Assembly (NCBI GenBank): GCA_951406725.2
Contig: OX597830.1
Location: forward strand, 72,478,001 to 72,542,000
Origin: Octopus vulgaris
Taxonomy: Eukaryota
Direction: 5' to 3'
Length of the DNA stretch: 64,000 nt
The notes beneath the pieces were generated by a model. That model was not told the origin of the DNA. It made no database searches and saw nothing but the letters and a program-made list of their open reading frames with translations. Shown piece by piece: positions 39,103-53,357 of this stretch. A program made the position numbers and the translations under genes. Each line of letters starts with the position of its first letter. Within the stretch, counting starts at the first letter, position 1.

Positions 39103-39590
39103 CTATTTCGTCTGCCGTTACGTTCTGAGTTAAAATTCCGCCGAGGTCGACTTTGCCTTACATTCTTTCGGGGTCGATTAAATAAGTACCAGTTACGCAC
39201 TGGGGTCGATATAATCGACTTAATCCGTTTGTCTGTCTTTGTTTGTCCTCTCTGTGTTTAGCCCCTTGTGGGTAGTAAAGAAACAGGTATTTCGTCTGCC
39301 GCTACGTTCTGAGTTCAAATTCCGCCGAGGTCGACTTTGCCTTTCATCCTTTCGGAGTCGATCATTTAAATACCAGTTGCGTACTGGAGTCGATCTAATC
39401 GACTGGCCTCCTCCACACTAATTTTTGATCTTGTGCCTAGAGTATAAAAGAATATATAGAGATCGAAAGGCGGCGAGCTGGCAGAAACGTTAGCACGCTG
39501 GACGCAACGCTATGCGTACTGGGGTCGATCTAATCGACTGGTCCCCACCCCATTAATTTCGGGCCTTGTGCCTAGAGTAGAAAAGAATAT
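39101..39590 (+). mobile_element. Head-to-tail array of three family-B SINE units
   Basis: Units at ~39101-39287, ~39288-39455 and ~39467-39590 (the last internally deleted). Confidence 0.88.
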
Positions 39591-40019
39591 GAAGAAATGA
39601 AAAATATATAGATTGATGGATAACTAGATATAGAGATATGTTTTGAAATGTTTTCAAGATGCTTCCGGTTTCAGTTCATGACTAGAATTTGATTTTATCA
39701 CTCCAGAATGAGTATGAAAGTTTATTTTATCAGGAATTGAACCCAAAACATAAAGAACCGGAAAAAAAAATCGCAAAATGTTATAATATTTTTCTTTTTA
39801 CTCTTTTGGCGTTTTAACTCTACTACCAGTTCGATAAGCTGAATAGGTGGGTAAATAGGTAGTTAGATAAATAGATAGGTGGGAAGATAAATAGATTGTA
39901 ATATAAAGGGAAATAGCTAGACAAAAATAGATAAGCAAAAGCAGATGGTGACAGAGAAAGAGAGAAAGCTCGAGATAAAGAGACAGAGAGATAAGAGAAA
40001 GTAATACAAAAAGAGAAAC

Positions 40020-40058
<39 letters not shown>

Positions 40059-40513
40059 AGGGGGGGTGTATAGAAAAACTATTGACTCCCAAGTATCATA
40101 ATCATACCGTAAGATTATAGACTCAAAGCTGCAAGTTTTAAATTTAAAAAAACCATTAACCTTTCAAAAGAAAAAGTAAAGAAAAAGGAGAGAAAAATAA
40201 GGAATAAATAAAAGGAACCAATATTCTTTAGTTTTAAATTTTACGATTCATGGTGCCTGATGCTCCCCTCTTAATGGGAAGTCTTAAACGGTGCCGTATA
40301 AATCTTATCCAGCGTAGAGGTCATGCGCGAGGCGAAGATTAGACAGTTTAAGCAAACATTGACTGAGGAGGATAAGATATATGGTGGCTGTTAGTATTTA
40401 TGCGGGGCGAGGGAAGCGGTGGAGACCATTGGTTTTGTGTTGCTTCGCTAAGTGGGAAAACCCATACGTTTTTTAATATTAAGCGTTGCTGATAGCAACA
40501 GCACGTACTTGGT

Positions 40514-40697
<184 letters not shown>

Positions 40698-40984
40698 GGT
40701 AGAGAATATTTGACCTTCACACTAGTATATTGATTTCTTGCATATTTACATAAACGACATTCATTTTTGGGGGTATTTTTGTAAAGTGTGGAAAGGATAT
40801 TGGAATATTATTCATTTTTTTTGTTTGTAAGGTGTGTGAGTAAACACGTACAACTGAGGTGTGATTGCATTGTATTTGCGGGCATATTTGTTGTGTATGT
40901 TGAGTGAAGTGGCTGTTGTTTATGATAGTGAGTCCCAGAGCATTTGAAAAAGAAATATGTTTCCAGCCGTGACCATCAAGTGTG

Positions 40985-41208
40985 TTTGCCAGTACCACCT
41001 GACTGACCCCGTTACGGTGGCACGTAAAAAGCACCCAATACACTCTCGGAGTGGTTGACGTTAGGAAGGATATCCAGCTGTTGAAACTCTGCCAGATCAA
41101 GAGAATTGGGGCCTGGTGCAGCCATCTCGTTTGCCAGCCCTCAGTCAAAATCGTCCAACCCATGCTAGCATGGAAACGGACATTAAACGATGATGATGAT
41201 GGTGATGA
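40985..41208 (+). mobile_element. SINE or LINE 3' fragment with a (GAT)n tail, RTE-like terminus
   Basis: gcacgtaaaaagcaccc..ccaacccatgctagcatggaaacggacattaaacgatgatgatg; the RTE affinity is inferred from the tail type. Confidence 0.65.
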
Positions 41209-42444
41209 TACCACAGTGTTCAATGTTCTCTTCCAGTAATTAACTATAAAACTGTGAAATTGGCTTTTGAGAACGTTTTGTTTAATAAAACATAAATAGA
41301 GTAAGCTACCACGGGTGTAACATAGTTAATTGAAACATTTTGATGAACTGGTCTGTTTATGCATTTATTTGGGTGGGTTGGCGAAACCATCAAGAAGAGT
41401 TTGAAACTAAAATGACCATCCACTAAATATAGCCAGAAACACACATAAAGTGGGCTATCACGAGTGTAACAGGGGAAAACCCTTCAATACGTTTTTGAAA
41501 CTAAAAAGACGAACCACTAGTTACAGCCAAATGAATGTATTGGAAATTAAAAAGAAAAATAGGAATGAATAGTGTTTTCATTAAAAGAAAATATGGCCAT
41601 TATTTCTGGCAAGTTAAGATAGCACAAAAATTATTCCTTCCTGGCTTCAAAGTGAAGTTTACTTTTGAAAATTTGGTATTGAAAATGTGTTGAAAGATAC
41701 GAGGGTTGAGAAATGTAGCTCTGTGCTGTAACATTCAATCATTTGCCTTGACATAGTTTGTCTATGTAACGCTTGATTGAAACGTAGATACACCATTAAA
41801 ACATAGAGCCTGTTTTGGCCATCTTATATTTTTAGCATTCAGTTTAATGCTAATTTATTCACATTATTTTAAATTTATCATGCATTCTCTCGTAGTTCAG
41901 AGATTTTAACGAGTGATTCTTTATTTTTAGAATGACATTGTATGATAGGTGTGAGAGGCTGGATATAGCCAGTTTGAAACAAGGTTGAATGTTTAGGCCT
42001 GATGTATCTAGTTTACATGCTAAATGGTTTGAATTTGGTGGAGTCCTTATGCATTTGACAATTAAAGAAGCACGGTTATTGTTAAAGACAAATAATTGTT
42101 GCAGAAAATGTAAAGATAAATTCGTCCATCCTAAGTTTGATCATTCACTATTCATATAGGAATTGCAGAACAGCAAAGAGAAAGAAATGCACGAACAAAA
42201 TTGTAATCACCTAACAATTAGCATTTACTAAGCGCCAGAGAAATATCCTGCAGTGATCGACAAAAGAGATTTGTGTGTAATAATGCGCTGATATGAAATC
42301 AGAACATATGATAGAGATTAATGCAGACATAGGCACACACATATACATCCATATATATATATATACATACAAACGTACATTCATACATATATACATATAT
42401 ACATATATATATGTGTGTATACATATATATATATATTGTATAGG

Positions 42445-42482
<38 letters not shown>

Positions 42483-42780
42483 TATATATATATAAATATT
42501 TATGTGTTTGCGTGTTTGTATGTATGCATGCACATATATGTGTGCGTGTGTGTGTGTATGCGTGTGTGTGTGTATGCGTGTGTGTGTGTATGCGTATGTG
42601 TGTGGTAATGAGCAAAAGAAAAAAGAAGTGTGTGTGTAATACATTGCCTTGCACGGGATTATTTCAACGCCCTACCGTTTCTACCACTCGCCCAACCTAA
42701 CAAGCGATAAATTTTCTCACCCACCATTTTATTTATTATTAGTTCCCATTATATGCATATATAAATACACACACGCACAC

Positions 42781-42824
<44 letters not shown>

Positions 42825-43587
42825 ACATACCCACACACACACACATATATATATACATTTATATATATATATATATATATATTTCACATGCAAACACACA
42901 TACGTATATAAATGCTTGTGTGTATATATATGTATATATATATATATATATATACGTATGTATGTATGTATGTATGTATGTATGTATGTATGTATGTATG
43001 CGTACAAACACATACACACATAAATTCATATATGCATTGAATAGGTGACTGAAAATGTTTAACATGATGCTAAAAGAAAAAAAATTATATTGAAATATAA
43101 AAAATATAACCATTGTAAATTTCTAGATTTAGTGTGTGTATCTGTGTTTGTGTGTCTTTATATATGTGTGTGAGTGTGTATTTATATGCATGTATCTATG
43201 TATATGTGTATATATACACTCACAGACACACTTATATGAATATGAATGTGCGTATGTATGCAGGTATGCATTGCATTGTATCCGTAATGACAGGGTTTGT
43301 ATTTGTGTTTGGTTAAATATTCCTGAATGGTTTTCGCACATAAAGGAATGTAAAATTTATTGTACATGAATCTTCATACATAGCTGCACATCTCTACATA
43401 GATTTCTCTCATTGCATTAATTTTTCATCAATGTATTTAAGAAAAAAATTCTGCGTTTAATTTATTTAACTTTTTTAAATTTTTGCTTCTCACAATCCTT
43501 TGTTTCTCTTTGTTTTTTTTCTTTTTTGCTTTACTAGCTATGGCTATTTCTCCCTTATATTATACCGAAAATTTATATCAAGATTAC

Positions 43588-43670
<83 letters not shown>

Positions 43671-43989
43671 ATTTTCTTTTCCTTTTCCTTTTTCCCCTTA
43701 TTTTTCTTATTATTATCAACGTTGTTATTATTATTATAATTATTCTTATTATCCATATTATTATTGCTATGCGATTATTGTTGCTGATGTTAGTATCATT
43801 ATCGTCAGTTTCATCATCATCATCATCATCATCATCACCCTTTTTCTCCACATTTCTCTTGCTCATGTTGTTGTTGCTGTTGTTGTTGTTATTCTTTTTT
43901 TCTTTTTCTTCTTCTTCTTCTTATTATTATTATTATTATCATTATTATTGTTGTTATTATTGTTGTTGTTGTTGTTATTATTATCATCA

Positions 43990-44069
<80 letters not shown>

Positions 44070-44695
44070 CCTGTCCTTGCTGATGTTCAGTGTTGTTTCG
44101 ATAGGTTTTTATTTAGTTCTTATGCATTTTCTCTTGCTATCTATTTTTAAAAAGTATTTTATACTATTTTCTTTCCATCTTTTTCCCCCTTCATATATAT
44201 ATATACATGCATACATACATAAATACACACACATATATATATAAAAAAATTATATATACATATATATTGCATTTTATTTTCTACCCTGAAATTTTGTTTA
44301 CTTTTTCACCTACCTAATAAATTAAATGGAATTTTGACTTCAGGATCAAGAAGGATAATAAATATTTACTTGTCTGTCTGTTGTTTTATTTTTACTTTTA
44401 TCTGTATTTATTCATTTATTTGTTTCTTTGTTTCCTACTCATCTTTGTTCTTCATTTAAAATAGCAGAGATATTTTAGATGAAAATGAAGTTTTAGAAAG
44501 AAAAAAAAAGGAAAAAAGAAAAGAAAAGAAAAGCTAAACAAACCTAACAATATGTCAGATAACATACATTAATACATTACAAATATCACAAGGTAGATAT
44601 ATATTTCACATTATTTCACATTATTTCACAGCGAAATTTATCTCAGTATGTTTCAGATAGCTTGCTTTTTAGTTAGTTAATGTAAACATCGATGG

Positions 44696-44726
<31 letters not shown>

Positions 44727-44875
44727 CATACATACATACATACATACATACATGCTTATATATACATACATATATCAATATCAATACATAAATACATATG
44801 TAGGTATATTTGTTTTCACATACAAACACACATACGTATATAAATGCTTGTGTGTATATATATATATGTATATGT

Positions 44876-44921
<46 letters not shown>

Positions 44922-45719
44922 ATATATATATATTTCTATCTATCTATCTATGTATATATATATATAAATATATACCTTTCTATCTATCTATGTGTATATA
45001 TATATACACACACCTATGTGTGCGTGCGTGTGTGTGTGTATATGTGTGTGTCTATATATATATGTGCATGTTTGTGTGTGTGTCTATATATATGTGCATG
45101 TTTGTGTGCAGGTAGTTATGGGACATGCGTTTATGTATACATTCTTCTGTGTTTACATATGCATGGCTACAATACTGGGAAGAACGCAGCTAACTTCTTT
45201 ATTAGCTCCAGTTACAGGTAGAAATATACAGAAAGATAAACAGATATCATACAATAAATAAAATAACGGAGGAAGTAAAAATATTTCATAACACTTGAGA
45301 GGATGTTGCCTTTGCAATCGTAGCAGCATCTAATGTAATTCTATAATACCACTGATATCAACTATAAAAATACGAGCCAGTCAGGTCAATTCTTCGTAGT
45401 CATTTAAATAACTTTTCAGAAATCGCAGTCAGATTGTCTTCAAATCTCACCCCGTCCAAGGTTAGCATTGTTTTGCAGTACTGCGCTGATTTTTTTTTTT
45501 TTCTTTTTTTTTTGCTTTTGTTTTCATGATTGTGAGTCATTTCAAACTTTCCTGCCAAATTCACATGATCAACATAGCAAGTGAGAGTTAAATGACATAT
45601 CCACGAATACAATAATATCCTTGTGACTAGAAACTTAAAAATGGACTTGTTTACATTATCAATTCTGCATCCTTCAGCTAATTCTGAGAGTAACCCATCA
45701 AGAATATTACCAATAATTA

Positions 45720-45915
45720 AGGCGGCAATAATGTAGAATCGTTACTGCACCGGAAATATTGCTTAGCGATATTTCATCCTTGTTTACGTTATGAGCTCAA
45801 ATTCCGCTGAGGTTGACTTGGTGTTTTTACCTCTCGGGGTAAAGAACAGTTAAGCAATGGGGGTTAATTCTTCTCCCGACATTACTGGCCTTGTGCTAAA
45901 ATTTGAAACCATTAT
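45720..45915 (+). mobile_element. Old SINE family B
   Basis: gagctcaaattccgctgaggttgact..ctggccttgtgctaaaatttgaaacc. Confidence 0.7.
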
Positions 45916-47224
45916 TATCCAGGAGTTAAGATAAAAAATCTTGAAAGCAAATTGTTATATCAAACTCTAAGAAAACGTCAAGATTATTTACGAGAACTCT
46001 GTTACATTTAAAGAATATTGGACTAAGATTGAAGTAAACAGGAAAGTTACCGATTAATACCTAGATTCGATCGATTCAAATACGAAACGCAAATCAAATA
46101 ACGTATTATCACTATTAGAAATGAAAATATCATACAGTATCACATGTAACTAATATTCACAATGCATTTGTTTAATGTAACATCAAATTCAGTATCCCAA
46201 TCGGTTGCATAACCATTAGTACGTAGAAGGTGATTATACAGGGAAAGCGTAAATAGAGACGCCTTAAATTGAAATACGAACGTTTTGTCAACATTCTACC
46301 TAGAGAAATTGTGTCTTCTCTTAGTGATAATTATTCGAATGAAAATTTAAACACAGAAGTCTTTGTATGAGAAATACTCAAAACCATCAACATCTACTGG
46401 TCAGTGCAATGTTCTATTTGCCCCGTCTCGTTTGCACAGGACATGCAGGACAACACCAATTATTCTGAATATATATGTATATATAAATATATATATATAT
46501 ATATAAAGCGAGAGAGAGAGGGTGAAAGAGAGGATGAGAGAGAGAGAAAAACGAAGAAGAAAGAAAGTGACAGAGATAAAATACAGAGATCTAGACTGAT
46601 TCAAGTAAGAATTACAGATAAATAATACATGATATTAAAAAGAAGAGAAGAGTACAGTGCATCACTACCTCCATGTCCTGAACTAAAATTAAAGTGCTAA
46701 TTAGTTTTCACTTAGATATAAGGACGATCAAGACGTCTGTGTTAGATAGAATGTCACGCTTTATTTGTTACATCCAATTGTGTATCTTTAGTACAAATCC
46801 CACAGGATTGAACTTTAACTTTCGGGATCAATTTAAAAAAGAATTACCAAGTCATTACTGCTTCTTGGTAGAACACTAAAAACGCCGGACTGGATACCTT
46901 ACGGTGCCTGTTCCGGAATGAGCTGTTCAAAATATTCTATGACTTAATAGGTGGTAGACTGATTCTATTTGCCGGTTAATCATCACATTCTGGCTGCTTG
47001 GGTGTTTTTAGTGCAGTCCAAGTTATTGCATGCATTCGGGTACAGCCCTTCTAGTGGAGAATACTCTTTACTGCTCTTTCTACTAATCCTAAAAATGATC
47101 ATGCGTGCCACATTTAATTCCAGCTTCAAGATATTACGAGAAATTGAAAAGTAATGGCTTATTCATGTAGAGAAACATTTTTTTCAGTTTACTGAATGGC
47201 AGGTTTTCTAAAAAAAAAATTAAT

Positions 47225-47475
47225 GAATGTGCCCTTTTAAAGCCTAGCCAGGCTTATGGGCCCGGTTTCCTGGTTTCTATGGCGTATGTGTTCCCCAGCT
47301 GGACGGGACGCCAGTCCATCGCAGGGTTATTCATTTTTGGCAGCTGAGTGGACTGCAGCAATGTGAAATGAAATCTCTTGTTCAAGAGCACAACGCGTCG
47401 CCCGGTCCAGGAATCGAAGCAACAATTTTACGATCATGGTGCTGACACTCTAACCACTAAGCCACGTGCCTCCAC
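47225..47475 (-). mobile_element. tRNA-derived SINE, family D (V-domain-like)
   Basis: Minus strand: GTGGAGGCACGTGGCTTAGTGGTTAGAGTG head, TTCGATTCC B-box, CCCTGCGATGGACTGGCGTCCCGTCCAG central block. Confidence 0.82.
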
Positions 47476-48134
47476 GACAGGTTTTATGGTCATTCATAAA
47501 TATGCGACAGAGTGAAGGTATTTATATTAGTGTTACAGGCTTATCATGATATTTTACATTGATCATTTGGTTGGTGTTACACCGAGACCAACGTTTACTA
47601 TTGTACAATAACTGAAAATATGTTTGAAATGCTATGTTTTTCACACATAGACGGCTTCGGTACTCACTTTTGTCGGAGAACTAAAATCACAGATTCTATT
47701 AATATACGGATGGTTGCTTGGACTGTAAAACCTGGAGCAAAATATATATCGTGCATGTAAATGAAATGGTCAATATGTCGATACACATGTTATTTTCTTT
47801 TATTCTTTTAGACATTTCAGTCTTAAGGCTGTGGCCATGCTGAAGCACAGCCAGTGTAATCACTTTTTTTAATGGCCAATTCTTACGTGATTGTCTTTTG
47901 GTGAAGGAGGGATTTCGACACTACTGCCCAATTTTGTGTTTCCTCTCTTGATATAGGTTCAACTGGGACCCTGAAAAACAGGAGGTGAAGTTGTTTCTTG
48001 AAAACATCTACTCTTACTCTCGGAAGATCTCTCAGATATTTTGGCAAGGTGTTGTTTATTTGTGGGTCCTAGAATCCCAAGCTATTGCAGCACATGGTCA
48101 TCACCCTAGGCGGGACAGCTGGGTATATATTAAT

Positions 48135-48345
48135 TCCAAATTTTTGCACAAGGCCAGAAATTTCGGGCTGGGGGAGCAGGTAAGTCGATTGCATCAACCC
48201 TAGTATTCGACTGGTATTTATTTTGTCAAAGAAAAGGTTAAAAAGCAAAGTCGACGTCTACAGAATTTGAACGCAGAAGGTGAAAACGGCCGAGAAGCCG
48301 CTCAGCATGTTACCCACCGTGCTAACGATTCTGCCAGCTTGCCAC
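48135..48345 (-). mobile_element. SINE family B
   Basis: gcacaaggccagaaattt..gctaacgattctgccagcttgcc. Confidence 0.78.
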
Positions 48346-48400
48346 ATCTGAATGGTATCACACACGCATAAACAACCATACATCTTTGTGTCTATGTGTA

Positions 48401-48444
<44 letters not shown>

Positions 48445-49249
48445 GTGACATACAACCTTAATCTAATAGAAATGCTTAGATAAGTCACTGCACTAAGCTT
48501 TCCAACGGAAGTCACGTACCTACGTCTTTCGGGTTCGTATTCTTTAATTAGTTTTAAGTTACTTCAGTGAGTTCCGTCCTAAATCACCCCATTAAAATGT
48601 AGAGTTGAATTTTATCATACATATACTAGATCACATTAGAGACACGCAGTAAACATTACCCGGATATACATATGCATACACGTATCTATGCATACACACA
48701 CACATATATATGTGTGTGTGTGACTCTGTGTCTGTGTGTGTGTGTAGCTGTATGTGTGTGTGTGTGGGCGTGTGTGCGTGCGTGTGTACGCCTGTGTACG
48801 TGTGCGTATATAGATACATACGTACGCGCATATACATCACATATACATATGTGCGTATTTGCATGTATCTGTGAATATTCCATGTGTGTGGTTTATGTGT
48901 CAGGAAGGCCCATTTGTGTTTAAATTACGATATATATACACGAACACTAACACACACACACACGCATACTCACGCGCTCCCACACATACGCACGCACACA
49001 CACACACACACACACAAGGTACACTGACAGAATCGTGATCGTAGATATTGTCGTTTTGGTCTTCATTATCATCATCATCATCATCCTTTTCTCCCTCCTC
49101 CCCCTCCTCCCCATCATCATCATCACCACCAACATCACCACTACCATCATCATCAGTGTCATCGTCACCATTGCCATCGTCATCAGTTCTCAATATCGCC
49201 TTCATCATAACAACAATCTCATCTATAGACACAAGTTCGAAATACTCAC

Positions 49250-49300
49250 CCATTTGGACGCCTTTCCTCATTGATCAGTTCGATTGAGGACGGCTTGAGG
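49250..49300 (-). CDS. Candidate 51-nt internal coding exon (xLKPSSIELINEERRPNG), gene unidentified
   Basis: T-rich acceptor ..ttcttttgtattattgatgtgattcAG and consensus donor G|GTGAGT; length is a multiple of 3; exactly one frame is open; non-repetitive and GC-richer than the flanks. Confidence 0.45.
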
Positions 49301-49385
49301 CTGAATCACATCAATAATACAAAAGAATATCAACGTAACAATCTAATCTTAAAGGGAAATTTTTTTTTAATTTTAAAGGGAAAGT

Positions 49386-49728
49386 TTTAAAATTTTAAAG
49401 AGAAAAAATTTGACAAGTCAGTCAGTCACCGGCTGACACTCGCTGACGATGCATCGAAGAGGCCAGGGAACAGAAGAAAGAAGAAGAAAGACATGCACCC
49501 AACACCAGAGCTGAAGACACCTCTGAAAGTGGGGGGGGGGCACATCAAAACCGTAGAGGAGTAGGGGCCGAAACCGGACGTGGTTCCTCCTGATGATGTC
49601 TTGAGCTGACTGGTGTTGGGTGCATGTCTTTCTTCTTTCTTCTGTTCCCTGGCCTCTTCGATGCATTGTCAGCGAGTGTCCGCCGGTGACTGACTGACTT
49701 GTCAAATTTTTCTCTTTAAAATTTTAAA
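49386..49728. mobile_element. Foldback element with ~130-bp near-identical inverted arms
   Basis: 49386-49519 is the reverse complement of 49597-49728 with few mismatches or indels; 77-nt spacer. Confidence 0.88.
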
Positions 49729-50051
49729 GGAGCTGTTGTTGGTAGCAGACCACGAAACACGGTTGTAATTCCTCGATACCATAACGAACATATAACAACA
49801 GACGAACAAATAAAAGCCTGTAAATCTTCAGTTCTTTTTAAAATCTGGAAGCATTATTAAAAATTAGTTTTAGCAGATGTAATTAATCTAGAAATTGTAA
49901 TTAACTAATGGCGACATTCATTTGAGTTCGAGCCAAAACGTGAGTGAAAAACTGGAACAAAATTCTAGGAATTAAATTTGCTTTCGGTTCATGTCTCTGC
50001 GTGTTAATAATTGTCTCACAGATCCTGTTCGAAACCGAATAAAAGAAAACA

Positions 50052-50475
50052 GGCTCAGGCCTTGCTGTGTGGTAAGAAGCTTGCTTCTGCAGTCACATGG
50101 TTCTGGGTTCGGTCCCACTGCATGATACCTTGGGCCAGTGTTTCTGCTATAAACTAGGGCCGACCATAGCCTTGTGGGTGGATTTAGTGGACGACACTGC
50201 AAGAACACCATCGTATATATAACTATATGTGTGTGTGTGTGTGTGTGTGTGCGTGCCTTCGTGTGTTTGGCCCCACTACCACTGACAACCGATGTTGGTA
50301 TGTTTACTTCCTCGTATCTTAGTGGGTCGGCAAAAGAGACCAGTAGAATAAGTACTAGGCTTTACAAAATAAATAACGACTGGGGTTGATACATTTGATT
50401 AAAATATCTTCAAACCGGTGTCCCAGCATGGCCGCAGTCTAATGACTAAAACAATTAAAATGGAAACGATAAAAG
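50052..50475 (+). mobile_element. tRNA-derived SINE, family A
   Basis: Head, internal (TG)n and cagcatggccgcagtc..atgactaaaacaa tail. Confidence 0.85.
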
Positions 50476-50684
50476 AGACAATGTTCTGTTTTCCAGATAT
50501 TGAGTTATTACAGGTATCAGCTTTCTACTCATGTTTTCCACCGCATATGAATTTCACCTTCGCCATACGAAAACATCACATGCTAACGTGAAAATATCTA
50601 CGTGATCGCTCGCCCTAGCAGAATTAGAGTTAAGTCTGTCATGAGCTTTAGGTTTTTGAAACTTAAACAGGTTTCTATGTAAAA

Positions 50685-51431
50685 GATATTCACAGAAACT
50701 CCTCCAAGTTTAACAGTTGGAAGAAGGCAGTATGGGTCAAATGCTTCTTTTGGCTGTCTCCACACGTATACTTGGCCAGTGGTCGGAAATAAAGAAACGG
50801 ATGACTCGTCAAAGAAAATGACATTTTCCCACTGCTCTAGGGATCAATTCTGTAGATTTTTACTCCACTCTAAACGCTTTCCAACGATTCTTTCTGAAAA
50901 TAGTGGTTTTCTGATTGCAGCCTTCCCGTGAAATCCACCTTTGTGCACCTCCTGGCGAACAGTTTTTGTGGAAAATGGTTTTTCAAGGTGGTCATTTCGC
51001 TCTGCAGTAATTTTAGGAGCTGTACTTTTGTGTTCCCTTCTCACAATTCACGTAAGAGTCCGTTGGTCCCTATCAGAAAGTTTTTGGCTTTCTTCCGAAG
51101 TTTTATTTCGACGATGAAATTTTCCCTCAAAGGCTGTCATTACTTTCGGGACAGTACTTCTTGATACACAAAACATTTCGGCTGTTTTCGTTACGCTAGC
51201 ACCTGCCATATGAGCACCAACAAATTGACCTCATTGAAAATCCGAAAAATCTGTCATTTAAATGAATTTTAATTACCTTTTTCTGACGATATCTGAAAAG
51301 AAACACCAATATCAGCAAAACTAATTGTAAGTAAAAAGCCATAAAAATAAACAAGCTTTGACGGTTTTATATATATTTCAAAATTATGATTCTAATGCTA
51401 GGTATTTCCATGATTTTGTCCGATCCCTGTG
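50685..51431 (-). mobile_element. Tc1-family transposon, 5' portion only
   Basis: TIR-like end cagggatcggacaaaatcatggaaatacc; peptide remnants GAHMAGASVTKTAEMFCVSRSTV, TVRQEVHKGGFHGKAAIRKP, WKNVIFFDES, VWRQPKE and LLPTVKLGG. Confidence 0.9.
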
Positions 51432-51469
51432 TATATATACTTATACATACATACATACATACATACATG

Positions 51470-51562
<93 letters not shown>

Positions 51563-51724
51563 CTCTGTTTGTCAAGACCGTTTCCCGCAACTTAGCGGAT
51601 GGGTATAAAGAGATTATGTTTCAGAACTTAAAACTCAAAAATAAGCACAGCGTTGGCGTGATTTGAGTCAATGCGTGTAGGCGGTGTCCCACCATAGTTG
51701 GCTTCCAATAGATTCTTCTTTCTA

Positions 51725-51935
51725 GATTCTGCTATAGGGACATGCCGTGAAATTTTGAGGGAGTGGTTGCTAACCAATTACATCGACCCCACTGGTCAAC
51801 TGGTGCTTATTTTATAGACTCCGATAGGATGATCGTTAAAATTAACCTCGGTGAAATTTAAGCTCAAAACGCAAAGACGTACGAAATGCCGCAAAACACT
51901 TTTCTCCCGCGCAAAACGATTTTGCAAGTTCGGTA
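51725..51935 (-). mobile_element. Old SINE family B
   Basis: ttacatcgacccc..aactggtgcttattttat..aacctcggtgaaattt. Confidence 0.65.
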
Positions 51936-52042
51936 AAAACTAGTAACGATACATATATATACATACATACATACATACATATATATATATATACACACAT
52001 ATACGTACACATATATATATATATACATATACACACACACAC

Positions 52043-52094
<52 letters not shown>

Positions 52095-52328
52095 GTGTGG
52101 GTGTGCGTGTATGTATGTATAACTTTCCTTATCGCAGCTGCATCAATATTTTGCACTCAGTTACGTTCACAGCAGTTAGCAGTATCTATATCACATTTAC
52201 GTTTTTATGATCTTTTGTGCTTTTCTACGCCCTTGATTTTTTTCACTTTCGTAGTCGCTTTTTTTAATCTTTTTTTTTAGTTTCCCCACTCATTTCTTTT
52301 GTACATTAGTTCATGTTATCTTCACCAT

Positions 52329-52405
<77 letters not shown>

Positions 52406-52818
52406 AGTAGTAGTCTGGTGAATATTATCATATCGCATTGCTTCTTGGTCTTAACAGGCAATATGGAGAAGCAAGCTTGAAACGGTGCGTAACAACAATC
52501 ACGGAAGCAGGCGACATCTGTTGCTTATTCTCCATTATAGTCAAGAGAGTTTAAGAGGCACTTTGTATGCATTGACTGGGGAATATGAGGAGTATCAAAT
52601 ACTTGAATTGTGGGAGAATAAGCGTATTTGCGAAAATCCTCTTCCATCTTTTGTTGTCGCTCATTTTCTATCTTTCACACTACCTCTGCTTCCGTCTGTC
52701 TATCTATCTGTCTATCTGTCTTTTTCTCTCTCTCTCCATCTGTCTATCTATCTACCTATCTATCTATCTATCCATCTATCAATATATTTATCTATGTATC
52801 CATTTATCTATCTATATA

Positions 52819-52878
<60 letters not shown>

Positions 52879-52880
<2 letters not shown>

Positions 52881-53005
52881 AAAGTTAAAAAATACAAACT
52901 GGGACAAGAACGTGAAACATTTAGAAGACGACACAAAAAACACAGACTGGACATTCGAAGCCTTCAATCTTCAGTCAAGAACCGGATCATCTTCGCAATT
53001 TCGAT
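52879..53005 (-). mobile_element. TA-tailed short element, same family as 37895-38030
   Basis: Shared tcgaaMttgcgaagaYgatc..gactgaagattgaa..cgaatgtcc.gtc and acgttcttgt tail. Confidence 0.75.
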
Positions 53006-53280
53006 CCTTCTCTCTTTCTCCCTCGCTCTCTTCCTCTTTCTTCCACTCTATCTCTACGTATTTTATTTTTTGTGTCTTACTACCTCCAGTCATTACACAG
53101 CGGTGAAGGCTTGATTAGAGGAAATGGTTACCCAATACGTATATATTCTTTTGAAATTCTCTTGCACATTTTGTCGGTCTCTTTCGCCACAACCTTATGT
53201 TTTGCATAAACGTATATATACACACATATATATGTATATATATATATTTATATATGCATACACATATATACACACAGAGA

Positions 53281-53357
<77 letters not shown>

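Noticed and set aside
51283-51300. CTGACGA-TATCT-GAAA
   Set aside because: No stem II, III or I; lies inside the Tc1 leader; chance match.
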